The notes under the pieces are model-generated. The model worked only from the letters and a program-made list of their open reading frames with translations, ran no database searches and was not told the origin of the DNA. From Desulfosudaceae bacterium (GTDB lineage Bacteria; Desulfobacterota; Desulfobacteria; Desulfobacterales; Desulfosudaceae), in NCBI GenBank assembly GCA_963674745.2, contig CAXXDV010000003.1:1920001-1984000 (forward strand): a stretch of DNA of 64,000 nucleotides, written 5' to 3'. Positions 47,233 to 57,882 of the stretch are shown here, piece after piece (within the stretch, counting starts at the first letter, position 1; each line of letters opens with the position of its first letter). Both the position numbers and the translations under genes were made by a program.

Positions 47233-48027
47233 TTAGCTCAGCATCTTTTTTATAATCTTTCTCATCGGAAACAAAAGATAGCGTATCGGTTTCGGCAGGT
47301 TGGCCTTGTGAATTTCCCATGCATCCGAAAGTAAAAAAAGCCATCTTTGTCGTCTGGTTAAATGCATCTTCAGCATTTTGTGAAACCGCCGGGACTTTCC
47401 CGGAAGTATTGCATACAGGCTTCCATTTAGCTTTAATCTCTTGAATTTTGTTTTATCCCTTTTTAATCCGCACTCAATCCGTTTTATGGTATTGAAAAAA
47501 ATAAACACATCATGAAAAATAATCGCACTCTGCCCCTGCGTCACTTTAAAACAAAATAAGAAATCAGACAAAACAGCCCGATGTGTATGTTCCCCGTCAA
47601 TAAAACAAACATCGGGCCGGTGTTCAATCCTATGCGGCAATATATCCCTTGCATCCGAATCAAAACAGACTATCTTTCGGGTTCCTTCCGGATCGATGCC
47701 TCGCAGGTTTGCAAGCATTCTTTCCGTTGAATTGCCTTCATAAGTTGCTATATATCCAGGCCTCCGATCATCGGGCTGCTGTGAAGGCCTTTTATCAATT
47801 GAATAAATTCTTCGACATCTGTTGTCCAGTAAATATGGCTGAATGCTGCCACCCAGATGGGAACCTATTTCGAGATAAACATATCCGTCATCCATCGCAT
47901 TCCGAACCACATTCTGCACGGCCAGCAGGGATTTTCTTTCCTCAGGTGTGGTCTGCGAAATGATTTTATCAAAAAGGGAAATATCCAGCGCGTTGAGCTT
48001 CATATCAACCGTATGGGGAGACTCCAT
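47233..48027 (-). CDS. Class I SAM-dependent methyltransferase (Methyltransf_24-like)
   Basis: YLEIGSHLGGS, FIDGEH, IIFHD; start approximate. Confidence 0.82.
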   Translation of the reverse strand: MESPHTVDMKLNALDISLFDKIISQTTPEERKSLLAVQNVVRNAMDDGYVYLEIGSHLGGSIQPYLLDNRCRRIYSIDKRPSQQPDDRRPGYIATYEGNSTERMLANLRGIDPEGTRKIVCFDSDARDILPHRIEHRPDVCFIDGEHTHRAVLSDFLFCFKVTQGQSAIIFHDVFIFFNTIKRIECGLKRDKTKFKRLKLNGSLYAILPGKSRRFHKMLKMHLTRRQRWLFLLSDAWEIHKANLPKPIRYLLFPMRKIIKKMLS

Positions 48028-48049
48028 ATAATATCGGCGCTCCTTATTT

Positions 48050-49417
48050 TTATTGCTGGTGGTAACCCGCCGACACATCGTTGAATATATCCGCCAAACG
48101 TCCAGTCAGGCGCTTTCTGTCATAGCGACGGATAAAAGAGATATCCGGCTCATACTCTTTCACATTTTTCTTCAGCACCAATTTACAGACATTTCGACTG
48201 ATCTGATCAATATCCGTCTGGGATGTAATAAGACCGAGCCTGCTTTGCGTCATGATATCATGTGCATCACCTTGTGGTACCATTGCCAGAACAGGCCGAC
48301 AGGATCGAATATATTCAAATGTTTTTCCCGGAACACAATTGATCACCGGGCTGTCAAGCGGTTTAAAATGGGTCAGAATCAGCGCATCTGCGCTCATCAT
48401 ATACCCCACGGCATCATCATGGGAGACATATCCTGTGCAATGGACGATGTCGTTGATACCCCTTTTGATTGCCGCCTCTTCAGTATATGCCTTACGCGCC
48501 CCCACAAACAGGATTTCCATGCGATCATAGATATCCGGACGTTTTTTTCTCACGACGGCCACGGCATCAAAAAACCTGTCGGGCGCTTCCGTGCTTCTGT
48601 CCATGGGGTTTTTCGTATAATGTAACGCTGTCAACAGTGATTTTATACTGATTGGCGGAGCGTAAATTTTTTTATGCCTGCTGGAAGCGCCGATATTATA
48701 ACTGCCGCAATAAACAAACCTGAATTTCCTGCCAGGCGGTTTCGGTTCTATATTCCGAAAATCATTTTCATCATACCCGTTAGGGATATAAACTATTTTA
48801 TCGGCAAATCGCGGATACCGCCTCTTCATCTCATTTTCAACCACTGTATCCTGCATGATGCTTCTGGCGGAATACCTGATAATACGCCTTTCATAATGTT
48901 TGGCGATGGCAAAGTGCAATCTGGTCGGATAATCAAAAAAACGGATCGAAGAAATGGTATCCCTGAAATCCGCTACCAATGGGACTCCACTTTGACGGGA
49001 CAATCGGATACCCGCGATTCCAGTGCTGACCGGAAGTATGGTGGAGAAAATAACCTGATAGGATTTTTTGGCCAGTTGTCTTTGCCCCTCGGATAAGGCG
49101 GCTTTGCCCCAGGGGCTGAATAGATCTGGAAAAACAAAAACATATGTTCGAAGCAGGGAATAAATCCGGCCGGGTTTTTCCATGATATGATTTAGAAGGG
49201 AGGGAGGAAACGGAACGTGGACGACTTTTACTGGCTGAACATGATCGTCCAACAAGGTATTATCATAAATTTCATGCTTTTTATATCCAGGCCGGACCGT
49301 CACCACCGTTGGGTCCCACCCAAACTCCGGCAGATATTTTACAAATTTTAGGCTTCGGTGAACCCCCGCACCACCAAACGGAGGAAAATCAAATGCCAGA
49401 AACAAAACGTTTTTCAT
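48050..49417 (-). CDS. Glycosyltransferase family 4-like
   Basis: FPP.GG.GV.R..KFVKYL..FGW.P, ADFRD, IPNGYD, PGK.FEY. Confidence 0.88.
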   Translation of the reverse strand: MKNVLFLAFDFPPFGGAGVHRSLKFVKYLPEFGWDPTVVTVRPGYKKHEIYDNTLLDDHVQPVKVVHVPFPPSLLNHIMEKPGRIYSLLRTYVFVFPDLFSPWGKAALSEGQRQLAKKSYQVIFSTILPVSTGIAGIRLSRQSGVPLVADFRDTISSIRFFDYPTRLHFAIAKHYERRIIRYSARSIMQDTVVENEMKRRYPRFADKIVYIPNGYDENDFRNIEPKPPGRKFRFVYCGSYNIGASSRHKKIYAPPISIKSLLTALHYTKNPMDRSTEAPDRFFDAVAVVRKKRPDIYDRMEILFVGARKAYTEEAAIKRGINDIVHCTGYVSHDDAVGYMMSADALILTHFKPLDSPVINCVPGKTFEYIRSCRPVLAMVPQGDAHDIMTQSRLGLITSQTDIDQISRNVCKLVLKKNVKEYEPDISFIRRYDRKRLTGRLADIFNDVSAGYHQQ

Positions 49418-49512
49418 CTAAACCATTCCTTGGAAACCATCCTTGAGCTAAATTCGAGGGCAACCAGGCCATGCCTATTAAAAAGCATAAAACCGGTATA
49501 ACAAATCGAAAT

Positions 49513-50295
49513 TCAACTTTTCCGGCAAACCAGGACAATTCTTTTTGCATTATGTTTTTTCGCATGGAAACAATACTTCATGTAAATTCCATATATCAGA
49601 TTCATCAGGTGCCGCTCATTTAAAATAAAAAATCGATTAATCATGCATTTTTCCAGAAAGTTCGAGGCGAGCCAGGATATTTTATTAATATAATAACATC
49701 TTTCAATTGAAAAAAGGCCGCTGAGCGTTTTTTCAAGCAAATTAAAATCAAAATGTTGGTAGTGTTTTGCCTGAACCTTGGTATTGGTGCTGGGGACCGT
49801 CAGCACCAATATTCCCTTACTTGTTAAATGACGATGAACGGCTCCTAGAAAACGATCGATGGAAGATGGCGATATATGCTCCAGCGTTTCAATCATAGTT
49901 ATAATATCAAATGGTTCCTCAAAAGTTCCTTCTTCGGTTATATCCGCACGTACAAAATCGATTTCCGGGTTCATCGACCGTGCAAGTCCAATGGCACGCC
50001 TGGAAAAATCAAGACCGACCACATGCCTGTCCGGAAAAATCGCATGCAATTCCCCGGTGAAGCGACCGTCCCCGCATCCAACATCCAGCAGCGTTGTAAA
50101 CGGTATCTGGCGGATAATATCCAGCACAAAAGTAACATAGGAAATATATTCATATCCCCAGAAAAGCGTCACGGTCTGGGAAAATCGAAAACGCGTCAGC
50201 TTGGGAATGTAATGATAGGGAAAGGCGTACAAATCGTCCTGGCGTTCCTGAACCGGACTTAATGCGTCACTATCTCTTTTTTTCGACCGTGTCAT
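49513..50295 (-). CDS. Class I SAM-dependent methyltransferase
   Basis: LLDVGCGDG, FDII...ETLEH, LVLTVP. Confidence 0.9.
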   Translation of the reverse strand: MTRSKKRDSDALSPVQERQDDLYAFPYHYIPKLTRFRFSQTVTLFWGYEYISYVTFVLDIIRQIPFTTLLDVGCGDGRFTGELHAIFPDRHVVGLDFSRRAIGLARSMNPEIDFVRADITEEGTFEEPFDIITMIETLEHISPSSIDRFLGAVHRHLTSKGILVLTVPSTNTKVQAKHYQHFDFNLLEKTLSGLFSIERCYYINKISWLASNFLEKCMINRFFILNERHLMNLIYGIYMKYCFHAKKHNAKRIVLVCRKS

Positions 50296-51635
50296 GGGCC
50301 TAGTTTCTCCGGGGTGGTAACAGCGTCTAAAATTTCAGCCAGTTTTTCAACCTGACATCTCCGGTTGTATGCATCCTCCGCATTAGGACGAAGGGTTGGT
50401 GTTACCCGCCCAGTTTCTTTAAATTCCGAATACTTTTGTTCCAGCCAGTTTGCCACCTCCGATGGAGATTGGAGTACAACCCCGCCGTCCGTATTGGTCA
50501 ACAATTGGATGATACTGCCGGAGTATACTCCCCCCGGGGTGGATAATATCGGTCTTTTTGAAGCCAGATATTCATATGTTTTTGCCGGACAGCACCCTTC
50601 CATATTCAGCGGAAATGATAGCAGGATATGGGAACTCCGCATCTGCCGAATCGCATTCTCCTGGGAAACAGGCGGATTGAAAGTAAAAAAGGGCTTGATT
50701 TGTCCGAACCGATTATATTCTTTTTCGATTCGTTTGTGTCCTGTGCTGTCACCCGTAAACACCACCCTGCAGTCCTCCGGTGTCAGGTGACATCTGGTGA
50801 CAAAACGATGAAAACCTTTCAAAAAGGGACCTGTATTTGTATGATTATGCAATGTCCCCACAAAGGAAAGTAAAAAAAAATCATCCGGAGGAAAATATCC
50901 GCAGCTGTTCGAAAACATTTCCGGATCAAACCCATTGGGAATAACATAAACCTGCCGTTTCAGTATTTTTTCCAAGCCCTTTCCCAACGGCTCCGAAATA
51001 TGGATGACGGCGGAAGCGTTGGCAATGATCATTTTTTCATAAATACGGTTGATGAGATACCAGAGCATGTATTCTTTGGTAATACCCCATGATTTTTTCT
51101 GACTCCATGGATCACGGTAATCGGCTACCCATGGAATCCTTTTTCGTTTACTCAGCGCGGCAGCAACCCTGAAATCCGTCCAGGGCCCGCCGGTGCTTAG
51201 AATCAGATCAATATCATGTCTTGCCGAGATGTCCAGCGCCGTGTCGAGAGCGGCCGGATACCAGCCGACCTGCTCATCTGGAATAAAACATAAATTTATT
51301 AATATAAAATTAATTATTCTGCGCAAATAAACCGCCTTTTTTGACGGAGTATGCCTCCCGGCCAGATTATCGCGCAAGGCAAGAATACGCCCAAACTTCT
51401 GGTGATAGGGGACCCGGTACACCGGGCAATTTAAGACTTCATCCATTGAGCAGGCAGTCGCACCGGAGCCGGCAGTTGACAGCCTCTCGTGCGGCGCATC
51501 CCAATGCCGGGTTAATATGATCGGATCCCAACCGAAGTGCGGCAAATACTTGGCCCATGCATGCATCCTGAAACTTCCGGCCGTCACTTTCGGCAGGTAA
51601 TTATATGCAATTAAAAGAACTTTCTTATTCATCAA
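50292..51635 (-). CDS. Glycosyltransferase family 4-like (paralog of 48050-49417)
   Basis: KYLP.FGWDP, ADYRDPW, IPNGFD, PAK.YEY. Confidence 0.88.
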   Translation of the reverse strand: MMNKKVLLIAYNYLPKVTAGSFRMHAWAKYLPHFGWDPIILTRHWDAPHERLSTAGSGATACSMDEVLNCPVYRVPYHQKFGRILALRDNLAGRHTPSKKAVYLRRIINFILINLCFIPDEQVGWYPAALDTALDISARHDIDLILSTGGPWTDFRVAAALSKRKRIPWVADYRDPWSQKKSWGITKEYMLWYLINRIYEKMIIANASAVIHISEPLGKGLEKILKRQVYVIPNGFDPEMFSNSCGYFPPDDFFLLSFVGTLHNHTNTGPFLKGFHRFVTRCHLTPEDCRVVFTGDSTGHKRIEKEYNRFGQIKPFFTFNPPVSQENAIRQMRSSHILLSFPLNMEGCCPAKTYEYLASKRPILSTPGGVYSGSIIQLLTNTDGGVVLQSPSEVANWLEQKYSEFKETGRVTPTLRPNAEDAYNRRCQVEKLAEILDAVTTPEKLGP

Positions 51636-51659
51636 CGCCCAAATTTATTACATTTATAA

Positions 51660-53120
51660 TTAGACCTGCCTTTTCAACAACACAGCAAGGCTTTGTTTCA
51701 GCATATAACCGGTATTATGGGAAAAAAGTTTATCAGACAACAGGGTCGCCGACAAATAAATAATCAGCAGCGCTCCCCCGGTGACCAAAAGTTGCATCGC
51801 CCCATGAAGCGGCAGCATTATCTGTATCCACGACGCAGCCTGCAGGCTCAGGCCCATATTTATTAGTGCCAATACAATAATTTTAATTAATTTCAGCATA
51901 TCAAAATCGATAATTCTGCTGGATACCACGACATAGACTAAAAACATCACAATATTACTTGCCAGCACGGAAACCGGGACGCCATTAATGTCCCAGACAA
52001 GGGAACATGGCACAATAACGGCCGCCAGAACGACTAAACCGATACTCTGGCATTTTGTATTGATCCCCGGCTTTCCGGCTGCATTAAAAACCGGAACCAG
52101 AGTTGCGCTCATCGCCCTGACCAAGCCCGACCAAGCCAATATTTGCATCATGGGGACAATCGAAACCCATTTCGGCCCAAGTACAACCTTTGTCAAATCA
52201 TCGGCCAGCATGAAGATACTTCCTGTCATAATGACCGAAGTAACCGTGATGATATGCATGACCTTGAGGTAAATGTCACCAAATTCCGTTTTATCTTTTT
52301 GAATTTTTGAATATGCCGGAAATGTAACATATCCGATGACCCTGGCAATTTCAGTTGTGGGCAGATTCGACACCATAAAGGCCATCTGATATAATCCGAG
52401 AGCCGTAGCACCAAACATTTTCCCGAGAAAAATATCATCACCCTGAGTAATCAGAAAAAAAAGGACCCCGGACCCGAGTATCCATTTGCCATAGCGAAAC
52501 ATCTCAACAAACTTTTCTGTATCAAACTGTAATTTTGGACGGTAAGAATTCAGAAGATAAGACATAACCAACCGGACCAAGCTTCCGGCGATACCTCCTA
52601 ACACAAGCGCCCACACACTTTTTAACATCAGTGCCGCAGGAACGGCCACAACGAGATTACCGAGGGTGGTGGAAAATTCATAGATATACTGGAGCTTAAA
52701 ATTCATTCTTTTTTGAAAGTATATCACTCCGATGTTCCTGCATCCGGTAATCAAAACCGAAAAACCGAAAACTTTTATGACGCTATCCGCTTGGGGAACA
52801 TTAAAAAATTTCGAAGTATAAGGAGCAAAAACATACAATAGCAGAAAAATAATCACGGCACGTACGACAGATACGGTCCATGCCGTATCCAGATATTTTT
52901 CAATGTTCTCTTTTTTCTGGATTAACGACATTCCGATGCCAGGCTGGGAAAACACTTCAATGGTCGCGATGGTGAGCGCGGCAATACCCATCAGACCGAA
53001 ATCCTCCGGCGCAAGAAGACGCGCAAGGACAACGGTCCTTACAAATCCAAGCAGACGGTTCGAAATACGTAAAAAAAGAATCCAGAAAGTGCCTTTTACA
53101 ATTTTATCCGATACGGACAT
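51660..53120 (-). CDS. wzx: Polysaccharide flippase (Wzx / PST family)
   Basis: LARLLAPEDFG, multi-TM, LGLYQMA, FPAYS, LGPKW; start reassigned to ATG 53120 (MSVSDK). Confidence 0.92.
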   Translation of the reverse strand: MSVSDKIVKGTFWILFLRISNRLLGFVRTVVLARLLAPEDFGLMGIAALTIATIEVFSQPGIGMSLIQKKENIEKYLDTAWTVSVVRAVIIFLLLYVFAPYTSKFFNVPQADSVIKVFGFSVLITGCRNIGVIYFQKRMNFKLQYIYEFSTTLGNLVVAVPAALMLKSVWALVLGGIAGSLVRLVMSYLLNSYRPKLQFDTEKFVEMFRYGKWILGSGVLFFLITQGDDIFLGKMFGATALGLYQMAFMVSNLPTTEIARVIGYVTFPAYSKIQKDKTEFGDIYLKVMHIITVTSVIMTGSIFMLADDLTKVVLGPKWVSIVPMMQILAWSGLVRAMSATLVPVFNAAGKPGINTKCQSIGLVVLAAVIVPCSLVWDINGVPVSVLASNIVMFLVYVVVSSRIIDFDMLKLIKIIVLALINMGLSLQAASWIQIMLPLHGAMQLLVTGGALLIIYLSATLLSDKLFSHNTGYMLKQSLAVLLKRQV

Positions 53121-53121
53121 T

Positions 53122-53901
53122 TTATCGCCCCAATTTCGGTCGTAAATAAAGCCACCGCATTGCCTGGGGTCGATGCTCATAGATGCTCCCGAGTTTGTAT
53201 TTTTTTGGGATAAACCATGTTCTGTGTGACAGGGAGGGAGGAAAATTTTCAATTGTCCGGGGTTCGGAATCAATTGTTTTGATTTGATGGGTATCTGAAA
53301 ATCTATTCTTAAGTATGGATTCAATCTTAGGATGAATAAAGGCATGAAGTTCAACGAGAATATGCTTATGCCTGATGGCGGGTAGAATCTCAGGGGCCAG
53401 AAAATCCTTTTCCCCTCCTTCTACATCCAGAATCATCAATTGTTTTTCTCCGGGAACTGACTTGAGGAGTATTTCCGACAGAGCCGAGAGGGTGCAGGTT
53501 CCCTTGATGTTTATCCGATCTCGCACATTATTGATGGCGGCATTCTTTTCAATGGCAGACCGTCCGGTGGGCTTGGTTTCAAAGGCGATAACCTGTACTT
53601 TCGGATTTCGAAAAGCAAATCCAACGGCGTAGTATCCTTCGGCGGCCCCGATATTGATAATGCTGTAAAATGGTTTTTGGCATAAAGAATCGATCACCGG
53701 ATGTAATTCGATTTCATAGGTACCCAATATTAATTGACAGAACCCGCGGGACGAATTTTCAGCTGTTTTTAAAAACCGCATATCAGCAAACGGCCCTGAC
53801 ACGATAATATTTTTCGATATACCAGCGATATAGCGATTAACGAGTTCCTGCGGACGGCAAAAATCCGGCATCTTGTTTCTTATAAGTTCCACCAAGGTCA
53901 C
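53122..53901 (-). CDS. Methyltransferase-like protein (FkbM-related)
   Basis: LGTYE.EL, INIGAAEGYYA, LDVEGGE, VELH. Confidence 0.78.
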   Translation of the reverse strand: MTLVELIRNKMPDFCRPQELVNRYIAGISKNIIVSGPFADMRFLKTAENSSRGFCQLILGTYEIELHPVIDSLCQKPFYSIINIGAAEGYYAVGFAFRNPKVQVIAFETKPTGRSAIEKNAAINNVRDRINIKGTCTLSALSEILLKSVPGEKQLMILDVEGGEKDFLAPEILPAIRHKHILVELHAFIHPKIESILKNRFSDTHQIKTIDSEPRTIENFPPSLSHRTWFIPKKYKLGSIYEHRPQAMRWLYLRPKLGR

Positions 53902-53943
53902 CTTTGGTTTTTTCAGACACTTTTTGTTTTTACCTTCTTGCGA

Positions 53944-54747
53944 TCATTGCTTTTTTATTGCTACCGCCAGCATCTGATCGGCCCGATACGGGAAAAGGCC
54001 CATCAGTGCATTTAAAAAATGTGCCCGCAAACGGGACGACTTCGGCAGTTTTTTTGTGACAGTCCGAATATCTTCAACCCAGAATCCTGCATCAACCAAA
54101 TATTTTGTAATTTCACTCACCGTGTATTCACGGGGATGCACACGCGGATCCATTCCCGCAACCTGATGGTTTAGTACATCCTCGGGGAACCTGCCGGCCG
54201 GATTAATACCCCGAAATAGATATCCCATATTTCTCAGATTAGCAAAATTAGGCGTGGTCATAATGAGACAACCGTTTGGTTTTAAAACAGGATAAATTTT
54301 TCTAAACAATAAGGCCGGGGACACCAGAAGATGCTCTAGTATTTCGGACGCAATGACTGCATCGAAACTGTTGTCTGGCCAAGGGATACTTTCTGTATGC
54401 AATTCACAAGGTCGGATACAAATTTTTTGGGCCTCGGCATAACGGCAGTATGCCTTAATATTATCCGGGTGTTCTATGCCGAAAACGTCAAACCCATAAT
54501 GTTGTTTCAAAACTACCGCACTCAATCCATAACCGATACCGACGTCCAATATACGCTTTCCGGGTGAATGAAAAAGGGTCATGGATATGCCATACATTTG
54601 ATGGCGGCTGATTGCGGAAGCTTTTACGCTCTCGGGAGTAACTCTTCGGCCTTTGTAATCTGCCGGTGTGTCAGAAAAAAAGGATGCCGCCCTGTCGGCA
54701 ACATCATTTATTAATATTTCTATTGTTTTTTCGTTAATCCGTTTCAT
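53944..54747 (-). CDS. Class I SAM-dependent methyltransferase
   Basis: ILDVGIGYG, FDAV...EILEHL, TTPN, H.REYT. Confidence 0.9.
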   Translation of the reverse strand: MKRINEKTIEILINDVADRAASFFSDTPADYKGRRVTPESVKASAISRHQMYGISMTLFHSPGKRILDVGIGYGLSAVVLKQHYGFDVFGIEHPDNIKAYCRYAEAQKICIRPCELHTESIPWPDNSFDAVIASEILEHLLVSPALLFRKIYPVLKPNGCLIMTTPNFANLRNMGYLFRGINPAGRFPEDVLNHQVAGMDPRVHPREYTVSEITKYLVDAGFWVEDIRTVTKKLPKSSRLRAHFLNALMGLFPYRADQMLAVAIKKQ

Positions 54748-54917
54748 CGTCTTTATTCACATGTTATTATGATTATAATATCATGGTAAGTTACTTGTAT
54801 TCAAATGATTATTGCGTTTATTGACGGCCTGTCCAGGGAGATTCTTATCTTTCAGCCTCTGCCTGGTTTTTGGGATCTATTACTCAAGCCTTGTCCTTGT
54901 TTAATTTCAAACAGGAT

Positions 54918-54956
54918 AAAAAAATGCGATTTGCCGAAAAAACAGCAAACCGCATT
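54918..54956 (-). terminator. Rho-independent terminator after the enoyl-CoA hydratase gene
   Basis: Stem AATGCG.TTTGC / GCAAA.CGCATT with a poly-T run on the minus strand. Confidence 0.65.
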
Positions 54957-54998
54957 CTTGAATAATTATCAGATTAATACTGATGAAACGGGCTTTAA

Positions 54999-55769
54999 CT
55001 ATTCGCCTTTAAACTCGGGATCGCGTTTCTGCATGAAGGCCATAAAACCTTCAGCGGCGTCAGCGGAGGTGGAAACCAGTTTGGTCCCTTCCAGCTCTGT
55101 CTCCAGGCCCTTATCAAAACTCCAGTCAATTCCCGTGGCAATGGCTTTTAACACGCTGGCGACGCCCAGCGGCGGGCGATTGATCAGTTTTTCCGCCATG
55201 GCCTTGGCTTCATCCATCAGCTTATCCGCCGGGCAGACCTTGTCGACCAGGCCGATATCACACGCTTCCTGGGCGGTCAACCGCTTGCTGAACAGAATCA
55301 GGTCCAGTGCCTTGGAGCGTCCCAGCAGGACGGTCATGCGTTGGGTGCCGCCCCATCCGGGGATGATCCCCAGGTTCAGCTCGGTCAGGCCGATTTTCGC
55401 CTTGGGCGCGTCAGACATCAACCGGAAATGACAGGCCATGGCCAATTCACATCCACCGCCGAAGGCAAAACCATTAATGGCGGCAATAACCGGCTTGGTT
55501 AACCGGAAAATCTTGGTCCAGACGCGCTGGCCTTCTTCACCCGCCGAAGCGGCATTGCCGGCGTCACTCACGTCAAACCCGGCGGAAAAGGATTTTTCCC
55601 CTTCTCCGGTCAGAATAATCACCCGCACGTCTTTGCTGGCTTCAAGCTCGTCAAAAGCCTTTTCAATATCATGAATCGTTGCCAGGTTTACGGAATTTAC
55701 CGGCGGATGGTTGATTTTCACGGTTGCCACGAAATTATCAATCGTGATGTTCAAATTTTCGTACGCCAT
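54999..55769 (-). CDS. Enoyl-CoA hydratase/isomerase (crotonase family)
   Basis: FSAGFD, KPVIAAINGFAFGGGCELA, E.NLGIIPGWGGTQR. Confidence 0.94.
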   Translation of the reverse strand: MAYENLNITIDNFVATVKINHPPVNSVNLATIHDIEKAFDELEASKDVRVIILTGEGEKSFSAGFDVSDAGNAASAGEEGQRVWTKIFRLTKPVIAAINGFAFGGGCELAMACHFRLMSDAPKAKIGLTELNLGIIPGWGGTQRMTVLLGRSKALDLILFSKRLTAQEACDIGLVDKVCPADKLMDEAKAMAEKLINRPPLGVASVLKAIATGIDWSFDKGLETELEGTKLVSTSADAAEGFMAFMQKRDPEFKGE

Positions 55770-55941
55770 TTCTTTCCTCCTTTATAGTTTAATTATAATT
55801 GGTATATTCGGTTATGCGAAGCCTATTACGAAAATCCGACACAAGTCAAGACCTATTCCATGCCTACGTTTTTCTTGACAAGCCTGTTTTACTTTATATA
55901 GTTAACCCGGGGGTTAAAGCTAAATCACAGGGACTTTATAC

Positions 55942-57852
55942 ATGGATTCCAGAATCTTTCTTGCCCGTCTTGTCACGGTCATTCTGTCGGTTGTGACGTT
56001 TCATATACTGGGCATTGAATTTCTGATCTTTTTTGTCATGACACCGTCGCCCCAGGAATTCATGGCCATGTTACTTTATCCCCTGCCTTTAGCCCTTTCA
56101 ATCATCCTGATTTACATGGTCATCACGTTTTTTTTTATCAAACCCATCCTGCAGTTATTCAAAACCGCCGGGGATAGCACTATCCCTGATACGAACCTGG
56201 CCCGACTGGCGCAGGACCGATGCATCAACCTTTCTTATTTCCTGTCGGCCCTGTCCTTTCCCGCATACATCCTTGGGGGTACGGGCGGGGTATGGATTGT
56301 ACGAATGGCCTTTCCTCACTGGCCGCCGCATATATTGATTTACGGTTTTATGGCGGGCATAATTGCCGGGCTGCTGACCATCCCCGTTTCCGAATACGGG
56401 ACCGCCTGGGCCATAAAACCGGCCCTGGGCATGATCATGAAGAACAGCCCTGACCTGGAAAGAGCCCGTTCCGCAGGCATAAACATCCCTTTGCGTCTTA
56501 AATTCGTTATTATCGTCGTTGTAATGGTCGTCGGCATAGCCGGGTTTACGGTAATTATCAGTTACAGCCTGATCGATAAAAGTATTAATAACATGAGCCG
56601 GATTGAAACCCTTCTCCCCGCTGATACGGCATCGATGCTGGCAGACCATTCTGAAGGCTCAACCGACACCCGGATAAAGTCCTCCGCCTATTTTAATTCC
56701 CGAATGGGCAGTTTGAAGCTGTTCTACATCGGCATCATTTTTATCGGGTCACTTTTATCTCTGGCCGTTGCTTTTGCCGCAGCGGATGCGATCACCCGGC
56801 CCTTAAGCCTGTTCGGCAAAGTAGCCGAAAAAATTAAAAACGGCCGCTATAACGAAACCATAAGCATCATCAGCAATGACGAGTTCGCCGAACTGGGTGA
56901 CGCTTTTAACCGGATGACCGGTTCATTACTGTCCCACCTGCGGCAAAATCAGGCGCTTATGGACAGTATCAGTGATGCCGTCAATACGCTGAACCCCATG
57001 TCCCGTGATCTTGTCTCAATTGCAGACCTGCATGCCACCGGTAGTGTTCAGCAGGCAGCTTCAACGGAAACCGCGGATGACATTGGAAAAAAAATAACGG
57101 AAACCGCTCGACAGATCGCGGAAAACGCCTCGCATATTACCAGAAACAGCGAAAAGACCCAGGAAATTACCCGTGAGGGGCGGCAGCGACTGAGTGAAAC
57201 CAATGCCCGGCTTGAGGGAATCGCCGGCAAAATGGGGCATATTGTTGAATCGATCGATCTGCTGAAACGGCAATCCCTGGAAATCAACGATATCGTGGAA
57301 ACCATAAAAAAAATAAGCGGCAAAACGAATATCCTTTCACTTAATGCCGGTATAGAAGCCATAAAAGCAGGAGAAGCCGGCCAGCGTTTCGGAATGGTGG
57401 CCGAGGAGATTCGACTTTTGGCCCAGGGAACAGGAAAGTCGGCCAAGCGTATACGAAAAAATATTGAACAGATCCAGGAATCCGTTGTCATGGCGATCTC
57501 TTTTGCCCGGGCGGGAGAACAGTCTGTGAACGAAGGCAAAGCGGCCATGCTACAGATGACGGCCCAGTTTGAAGACATTTCCGGGGCCAACGCGGCGGCC
57601 GTCCGGAATCTGGAAAAAATCGAATCCATGACGGCTGAACAGGCGGAAACCAATGAAAAGCTAAGCCGGATACTATCCACTATCAGGCTGACCGCCCGGG
57701 AAAACGCCAGCGCTTCGGAACAAACTCACGGCTCGATAAAGAATCTGAAAAAACTGATCAACCAGTTAAAGACACATACCCGCCAGCATCAACAACAGGA
57801 AGAAGGCGTTATCGACGCAACAAGAGCCGTTAATCCTGATCTTTCCAGGTGA
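55942..57852 (+). CDS. Methyl-accepting chemotaxis protein with a multi-TM N-terminus and HAMP domain
   Basis: DEF.ELGDAFN.M (HAMP); TNILSLNAGIEA.KAGEAG.RF..VA.EIR.LA. Confidence 0.93.
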   Translation: MDSRIFLARLVTVILSVVTFHILGIEFLIFFVMTPSPQEFMAMLLYPLPLALSIILIYMVITFFFIKPILQLFKTAGDSTIPDTNLARLAQDRCINLSYFLSALSFPAYILGGTGGVWIVRMAFPHWPPHILIYGFMAGIIAGLLTIPVSEYGTAWAIKPALGMIMKNSPDLERARSAGINIPLRLKFVIIVVVMVVGIAGFTVIISYSLIDKSINNMSRIETLLPADTASMLADHSEGSTDTRIKSSAYFNSRMGSLKLFYIGIIFIGSLLSLAVAFAAADAITRPLSLFGKVAEKIKNGRYNETISIISNDEFAELGDAFNRMTGSLLSHLRQNQALMDSISDAVNTLNPMSRDLVSIADLHATGSVQQAASTETADDIGKKITETARQIAENASHITRNSEKTQEITREGRQRLSETNARLEGIAGKMGHIVESIDLLKRQSLEINDIVETIKKISGKTNILSLNAGIEAIKAGEAGQRFGMVAEEIRLLAQGTGKSAKRIRKNIEQIQESVVMAISFARAGEQSVNEGKAAMLQMTAQFEDISGANAAAVRNLEKIESMTAEQAETNEKLSRILSTIRLTARENASASEQTHGSIKNLKKLINQLKTHTRQHQQQEEGVIDATRAVNPDLSR

Positions 57853-57882
57853 GCAGCGTCTGGTCCAAATCGCCGCTGAAAG

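Noticed and set aside
53121..53354. N-terminal extension of the wzx ORF in the track
   Set aside because: It overlaps the upstream methyltransferase-like gene; flippase homology starts at ATG 53120.
54784..54799. Sigma-54-like TGGTAAGTTACTTGTA
   Set aside because: It lacks the -12 GC and points away from the neighbouring minus-strand genes.
54805..55431. 208-aa plus-strand ORF and similar antisense ORFs across the window
   Set aside because: They are shadows of well-supported opposite-strand genes and carry no recognisable motifs.
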